Shown piece after piece: positions 58,674 through 64,000 of a DNA stretch of 64,000 bases. The position numbers and the translations under genes are program-made. Origin of the DNA: Candidatus Cryptobacteroides sp. Its GTDB lineage: Bacteria > Bacteroidota > Bacteroidia > Bacteroidales > UBA932. Location: NCBI GenBank assembly GCA_045118995.1, contig JBGVCR010000003.1, positions 48,290 to 112,289 of the forward strand, written 5' to 3'. Below the pieces are notes generated by a model. It did not search any database and had not been told where the DNA came from. It saw nothing but the letters and a program-made list of their open reading frames with translations. The first letter of the stretch is position 1; each line of letters begins with the position of its first letter.

Positions 58674-59815
58674 TTCACAATCCTCCTTTTTATCTTGGAA
58701 AGCATCGTATGAATGCTTCTGTATATCTTTTTATGCAGGGGCGTCCTTACAACAAACCCCTTCATATATCCGATGAGATCCTTTGCCGAATGGAGTCCCT
58801 GGAAAAACTCTTCCCTTCTCTGTGGAACCTGCACACCTTGGGCAAAAGCTCCATTTCTCTTTAAGGCCAGAAGAGGATCTACTTCCTTTACCGGCAGTCC
58901 CGCAATTGCCTTTCTTCCCTTCTCAGTATTGACCAGGATCAAAGATATACCCTTATCATCATCCATTTCAGGAGCAACTTCTCCGACATTCCATAGATCA
59001 GCCAGCGTCAGGTCGCTGCCACTGCCACCTTTTCGAAACGGGCACTGGTAGCAGGACGGACGCAAAGTCATATCCTGCAGAAACAGAAGCATATACGTAT
59101 CCTTCTGGTGTGGAGTCACGATACTGCGCTCCGGTCCATTGACGACAAAATCATATTTCTTCCAGCTTCTGTCTTTCTCCCTGAAACGGACGTCCTTTAT
59201 CAGCATACCGTATCTGTCGGAAAGGGCTTTTACATATTTCTCCCAAAGTCCCGGACCGGGTACTCCGTGACAGGCACAATCCACTAAAAGCAGATCCGGC
59301 TCATCCTTTCCGATATATGATTTGAGACCGGCGATCTGGCAAGGAGTACCGGTAAACATCACTTGCCGGCCCTCGGAAAGTTCGTATTTCACTTCCTCGA
59401 AAGAGGCATACAGTTCACTCTGGACATATTTGGAGCCACGCATCTTCTCGACTCCCTGCATATCAGAGGCATCAGTATGCGAGACCGTAAGGTCAGGATT
59501 CAGCACTGCCCCGTACACAGTTCCTCCCTGAGCGATCACCTCGGAGGCCAAAACCGGAAAGACACCACCTGAAGAACTTTTCTGCATAAATTGCGAAGCC
59601 CTTGCGGCCAATGTCAGCAAAGGGCCTGCAGAATCAGCGGTATGAGACATCGGACATACATCCTCGCATTTTCCGCAGGATATGCACAGATCAGGATTCG
59701 CCACCGGATAATCAAAGCCTTCCCTGTCCCTGCGCATGACGATACATTGCACCGGGCATATATTCATGCAGGCCGTACAGCCACAGCACTCTGCCTTATC
59801 GTTAATCCTTATCAT
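58670..59815 (-). CDS. Ferredoxin + FrhB (F420 hydrogenase beta)-like Fe-S protein
   Basis: CCGCTACMNICP, CISCGKCEDVCP, SSSGG, GSKYVQS, GTPCQI, CHGVP, RPSCYQC. Confidence 0.9.
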   Translation of the reverse strand: MIRINDKAECCGCTACMNICPVQCIVMRRDREGFDYPVANPDLCISCGKCEDVCPMSHTADSAGPLLTLAARASQFMQKSSSGGVFPVLASEVIAQGGTVYGAVLNPDLTVSHTDASDMQGVEKMRGSKYVQSELYASFEEVKYELSEGRQVMFTGTPCQIAGLKSYIGKDEPDLLLVDCACHGVPGPGLWEKYVKALSDRYGMLIKDVRFREKDRSWKKYDFVVNGPERSIVTPHQKDTYMLLFLQDMTLRPSCYQCPFRKGGSGSDLTLADLWNVGEVAPEMDDDKGISLILVNTEKGRKAIAGLPVKEVDPLLALKRNGAFAQGVQVPQRREEFFQGLHSAKDLIGYMKGFVVRTPLHKKIYRSIHTMLSKIKRRIVK

Positions 59816-61341
59816 CTTCCGATCTTGTTCAAAATCATTGATACAATTTCCTGTTTCTCACCCCTGGTACAGCCAATATAAAATATTGATACGCCGGCAC
59901 ATAGAACACACAGTAGCACACTCGCACAGAATCCCGCAAACCCTTCAGGCATCAGGCTTGCCAAAAGCAGAGGGAAAACAAGGGAGGCGGCAGCAACTGC
60001 AAACACCTTTAAATATACCTGTGCAAAAAACTCCTTCGGCGAAAGTCCCACCATCTTCTTCAGAAGGAGCAGGCGGGCCAGAAGGCATATCTGCGATATG
60101 ACTATCGATACCGCCACCGTAGTCTGAGCAGGTGCACCATATTTCAGGAACATGTATGACACAGGCAGATTCAATAACTGGAGTCCGCCGACGATAATCT
60201 GGTAATTGCGTATGTTTCCTGTGGCCAGCTGGGCTGTAATCAGGGGACTTGACAATGATTCACTGAGAGCGAATATCAGGAACAGACGCACAAATGAAGC
60301 AGAGTGTTCCGGTACCTTCTTAAGCCAGATTTCCAGCAGATATTCCGTATTGAAAAGCATCGGCAGGGCAATTATGAAAAGCAGGAAGAAGGCCATCCTT
60401 GAAGACTTCTTCACAAGCGACAGCATATAGTCACGTTCGCCGGATGCATAAGACTTGGTGATCTGAGGGTTAACCGCCGTCATGAAATTGGTGACAAAGC
60501 CCTGGACGGCTCCATTGAGCTGGACAGCGACTCCGCGCGCGGCATTCATAGCTGTAGTGAAGAAGATATTGACCAGAATATTGCCTCCCTGATCTCTGAG
60601 AACTCCGGAGGTGACTCCGATGAAATTCCACCCTGCAAAAGAGAACATCTCCTTTAAGAGGCCTTTCTTGAAGATCAGGTTGAAACGGCACTCCGGGAAA
60701 TTGCACCTGCAATATATTCCGTAAGCCATACGAACCATTACCACAGCCACAGTCATAAGGGCCGAATACCATACAAGACGGTCAGTCGGTGAATGAACTA
60801 TAAGAAGAGCCACACCGAGCCTCAAAGCTCCATCCAATATACCGATATAAGCATATGCGGACATCTTTTCATGTGCTGTTATCGATGCCATCTGAGGTAC
60901 GCTCATCAGATTGACGACAAATGAAAGAAGAGAGAACTGCAGGACCCATAACGCTGCCGGAATCCTGTCCGGAGCAATAGTCATTTCATTCTTGACAAAC
61001 CAGATTCCGACAGGCTCGCAGATCACAACGATTACAAAGGCCAGAGCGAACTGTATCAGAACTGATGTGGAATAGACCTTATTCAGATCGGCCTTTTCAC
61101 CTTTGCCCATTTCAAATGTCAAGAATCTGGTAACGGCAGAATTCAGTGCTCCGGAAATAATGGAGAACATGGCTACTACACCGCCGACTACACCATAGAT
61201 TCCGTAATCGTTCTCTCCGAGCGAATCCAGAACTACTCTGGAAGTATAGAAACCGACAAGAAAAAGGAAGATCATCCTGACATAAAGCATCAGGGTGTTC
61301 TTCGCTATCATTCTTCCTTTATGAGAATTAGTCGCTTCCAT
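59812..61341 (-). CDS. Wzx-type polysaccharide flippase (MOP superfamily)
   Basis: IAKNTLMLY, LG..DYGIY, AHEKM, AVNPQITKSYA; about 14 TMs; start at 61341. Confidence 0.9.
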   Translation of the reverse strand: MEATNSHKGRMIAKNTLMLYVRMIFLFLVGFYTSRVVLDSLGENDYGIYGVVGGVVAMFSIISGALNSAVTRFLTFEMGKGEKADLNKVYSTSVLIQFALAFVIVVICEPVGIWFVKNEMTIAPDRIPAALWVLQFSLLSFVVNLMSVPQMASITAHEKMSAYAYIGILDGALRLGVALLIVHSPTDRLVWYSALMTVAVVMVRMAYGIYCRCNFPECRFNLIFKKGLLKEMFSFAGWNFIGVTSGVLRDQGGNILVNIFFTTAMNAARGVAVQLNGAVQGFVTNFMTAVNPQITKSYASGERDYMLSLVKKSSRMAFFLLFIIALPMLFNTEYLLEIWLKKVPEHSASFVRLFLIFALSESLSSPLITAQLATGNIRNYQIIVGGLQLLNLPVSYMFLKYGAPAQTTVAVSIVISQICLLARLLLLKKMVGLSPKEFFAQVYLKVFAVAAASLVFPLLLASLMPEGFAGFCASVLLCVLCAGVSIFYIGCTRGEKQEIVSMILNKIGR

Positions 61342-61481
61342 ATAGAATAGCAAATTTAATAAAATAATAGGGAAAATCCGAACTTTGAGGAAAAAAGAAA
61401 ATTTAAGACGATTTCATTTGGTTATATCATGGATAATGTCTAATTTAGTGCTCGATTATGAACACTAAACACTAAGCAGAT

Positions 61482-61781
61482 ATGGTAAGATATTGTGTAA
61501 TGTGGAAGTTCAAGCCATCAGATGGCAAGACTTCAAAAGAACTCGCCGAAGACGTCAAGGAAAAATATGAGTCCCTCTTGGGACTCGTGCCTGGTCTTAA
61601 AAGCATCGAAGTAGGTGTAAACCGCAATGAAGGCAAGACTTCATACGACGCAGTGATGCTCGCTGACTTTGACAGCTGGGAAACTCTCGCAGCTTACAAG
61701 GCCGACACCTTGAGGGGCAACGTTATAGAATACGTAAAGACCATTGCAGAGGTTCGTGCAAAAGTCGAGTACGAAAGATAG
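61482..61781 (+). CDS. Dabb (stress-responsive A/B barrel) protein
   Basis: MVRYCVMWKFK, VPGL..IEVG, YD..M..F pattern. Confidence 0.8.
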   Translation: MVRYCVMWKFKPSDGKTSKELAEDVKEKYESLLGLVPGLKSIEVGVNRNEGKTSYDAVMLADFDSWETLAAYKADTLRGNVIEYVKTIAEVRAKVEYER

Positions 61782-61796
61782 GATTCATAATCCTGA

Positions 61797-61823
61797 AAAG
61801 GGTCTCCGTGACGGAGGCCCTTT
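61797..61823. terminator. Hairpin between convergent genes (probable bidirectional terminator)
   Basis: AAAGGGTCTCCG-TGA-CGGAGGCCCTTT. Confidence 0.75.
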
Positions 61824-61827
61824 ATTT

Positions 61828-62448
61828 TTATGCTTTTATTCCATTGACGATCAGATTCTTTATATCTTCACGTCTGTCATCAAGATAGGATTTCCTGAGA
61901 TCGGAATCACATTCTCCACTGGCAAATCCCTTAGGTGCAACGATGAATGCCGATATTGTCAGGGACATTATATTGAGAAGAAGGTCGATGGCCTTTATCC
62001 TGCGTATCCGGCCTGATCTGATCTCCTCTTCCACCATATTCTCGAAGCGGTCGAAGGCACTGCTTCGGCTCTCGCTTCTGAGATAACGGTCGCGGAACTT
62101 AGCCCAACGCCCCGGATTCATAATAAGTTCATTGACAATGAACGGAGCCAGACGCGCATCCAGTTCAAGCATGCCGAAATAGAAATCCACCACATTACCT
62201 ATTCTTTCCATGAAGTCGACAGATTCATCCAGAGGGGCATCCAGATATTCCACCACCTGTTCCACTTTAGGTGAAAACACATCCCAGAAAAGTTTTTCCT
62301 TAGTCCTGAAATAATAGTGTATAAGGGTCTGGTTGCAGCCTACTGTCTTGGCGATCTCGGTAGTGGAAGTGCCATTGAAGCCTTTTTCGAGAAAAAGGCG
62401 TTCCGCCACCCAGAGGATGCGCTTTTCTATATTCTGATTTCTTTCCAT
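61828..62448 (-). CDS. TetR/AcrR-family regulator
   Basis: LFLEKGF.GTST.EIA..VGCN..LIHYYF.TKE.LF HTH. Confidence 0.95.
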   Translation of the reverse strand: MERNQNIEKRILWVAERLFLEKGFNGTSTTEIAKTVGCNQTLIHYYFRTKEKLFWDVFSPKVEQVVEYLDAPLDESVDFMERIGNVVDFYFGMLELDARLAPFIVNELIMNPGRWAKFRDRYLRSESRSSAFDRFENMVEEEIRSGRIRRIKAIDLLLNIMSLTISAFIVAPKGFASGECDSDLRKSYLDDRREDIKNLIVNGIKA

Positions 62449-62507
62449 ATTGCAAATATAGCATTTTTGGGCGGGATTGGCTATATTTGCTTGATAAATG
62501 AAATAAT

Positions 62508-62840
62508 ATGATTATCAGAGAAAACGAAATAGAGATCTCTCATCTGGAGAATTTCAAGGGAGGCGAAAAGCACCTTGATGCACGAATGTATTTTGATGGT
62601 ACAAACCGTATCCTGACCCGGGCAAGACTTGTTCCGGGAGCATCCATCGGACTGCATACCCACGACGACAGCTGCGAGGTGATTTTCATTCTGGAAGGAC
62701 GCGGAAGCCTTATTGAGGAAGGAATACAAAAAGCAGTACAGACCGGTGACTGCCTGTACTGCCCTAAAGGTGGAACTCACAGCTTGATAAACGATTCTGA
62801 TGCAGATCTGATTTTCTGCGCTGTCGTTCCCAAACAATAA
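62508..62840 (+). CDS. Cupin domain protein
   Basis: SIGLHTH...EV and G..HSL.N motifs. Confidence 0.92.
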   Translation: MIIRENEIEISHLENFKGGEKHLDARMYFDGTNRILTRARLVPGASIGLHTHDDSCEVIFILEGRGSLIEEGIQKAVQTGDCLYCPKGGTHSLINDSDADLIFCAVVPKQ

Positions 62841-63950
62841 TTATCCCTGATATTTCTTTGTATGCTCTGCAATGAGGTCGGCGTCATCAAAGTAGTCGAT
62901 CTTCATTGCCTTGCGCACATCTGCGAGAGTCTTGGCCGCTTCTGCACGTGCTGCTTCCGAACCCTTGCGGAGAATCTCATATACCTGAGGGATGTTCTGC
63001 TCGTAATGTTTTCTTCTTTCGCGCATCGGCTGAAGGAACTCCTCCATAATATTGAACAGGAATTTCTTGCAGGTTCCGTCTCCAAGTCCTCCCCGACGGT
63101 AATGTGCCTTCATCTCATCAAGGTCTGCATACTCAGGAAGATACTTTGCGAAATGCTCCGGTGTACTGAAGGCATCGAGATATGTAAACACCACATTACC
63201 CTCCACATGTCCAGGATCCGTGATCTGAAGATGCTCCGGATCGGTAAACATGCTGTTCACCTTCTTCTTGATCTCTTTGGAAGTATCAGACAGATAAATG
63301 CAATTGCCGAGGGACTTGCTCATCTTGGCCTTTCCGTCAGTACCGGGAAGACGGCAGCAGGTCGCATTCTCAGGAAGAACCATTTCAGGAATAACGAGTG
63401 TCTCTCCATAGACAGAGTTGAACTTATGGACAATTTCACGGGTCTGCTCGATCATCGGAGCCTGATCTACACCTACAGGAACGGTTGTAGCCCTGAAAGC
63501 TGTAATGTCAGATGCCTGACTGATCGGATATGTAAAGAATCCCACAGGCGTTCCTTTCTTGTTCTGGTCATCATCACCCTCTGAAAATCCTCTCATCTGG
63601 ATCTCCTGCTTCACGGTCGGGTTACGCTGGAGTCTCTGGACAGTTACCAGATTCATATAATAGAAGGCAAGCTCGCAAAGCTCAGGAACCTGCGACTGGA
63701 TGAAGATGGTCACCTTTTCAGGATCAAGTCCTGCAGAAAGGTAGTCGAGTGCCACTTCGATGATATTCTGTCTGATTTTTTCAGGATTGTCGGCATTGTC
63801 AGTAAGCGCCTGGGCATCGGCGATCATGATGAAGATCTTCTCATATTCTCCTGAATTCTGAAGTTCTACCCTTCTCTTGAGAGAGCCCACATAGTGTCCG
63901 AGATGAAGTTTACCGGTCGGACGGTCACCTGTCAAAATTACTTTTCCCAT
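62841..63950 (-). CDS. trpS: Tryptophanyl-tRNA synthetase
   Basis: TGDRPTGKLHLGHY, VPVGVDQ, KMSKS. Confidence 0.97.
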   Translation of the reverse strand: MGKVILTGDRPTGKLHLGHYVGSLKRRVELQNSGEYEKIFIMIADAQALTDNADNPEKIRQNIIEVALDYLSAGLDPEKVTIFIQSQVPELCELAFYYMNLVTVQRLQRNPTVKQEIQMRGFSEGDDDQNKKGTPVGFFTYPISQASDITAFRATTVPVGVDQAPMIEQTREIVHKFNSVYGETLVIPEMVLPENATCCRLPGTDGKAKMSKSLGNCIYLSDTSKEIKKKVNSMFTDPEHLQITDPGHVEGNVVFTYLDAFSTPEHFAKYLPEYADLDEMKAHYRRGGLGDGTCKKFLFNIMEEFLQPMRERRKHYEQNIPQVYEILRKGSEAARAEAAKTLADVRKAMKIDYFDDADLIAEHTKKYQG

Positions 63951-64000
63951 ATATTGTCTGTGTTTTTGGCGTTATTATAAGTGATTTCACCACAAATATC

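Noticed and set aside
58670-59815. True F420-reducing hydrogenase
   Set aside because: No NiFe large or small subunit or maturation genes; embedded in a glycan locus.
1273-63584. Many 60-270 aa antisense or alternate-frame ORFs in the track (e.g. 7961-8644, 39192-40016, 62862-63584)
   Set aside because: They are nested in or opposite well-supported genes and show no recognisable motifs; expected shadow ORFs.

Overview
A gene-dense, mostly core-genome window from a Bacteroidota (Bacteroidales-type) anaerobe. The lineage call is inferred from the TAnnTTTG -7 promoter boxes, the short sigma-70, and the zapA-rny, htrA-rpoD, dnaN-exonuclease and xerC-hpf gene orders. It holds about 60 CDSs. These include housekeeping genes (coaE, yajC, nusB, nadE, rny, glnS, yicC, gdhA, argS, rpoD, dnaN, xerC, hpf, CCA enzyme, trpS), a four-subunit 2-oxoacid:ferredoxin oxidoreductase, purine salvage genes, oxidative-stress genes (tri-heme cytochrome c peroxidase with System II maturation genes, rubrerythrin, DsbD, thioredoxin) and a small glycan locus. 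I saw no rRNA, tRNA, CRISPR array, prophage or IS element. Best leads: (1) a compact candidate signalling module of creD, a receiver-less LytTR protein and a single-pass membrane protein, with a 21-bp-periodic direct repeat upstream of the creD promoter; (2) an intergenic palindromic repeat family with 51-bp periodicity at two loci; (3) a two-domain NadE whose glutaminase catalytic Cys is replaced by Gly; (4) a probable 6S RNA between zapA and rny; (5) a 58-aa winged-helix gene missing from the ORF track, just upstream of rubrerythrin; (6) an FrhB-like Fe-S protein paired with a pyruvyltransferase. All calls come from motif recognition by eye; no database searches were run.
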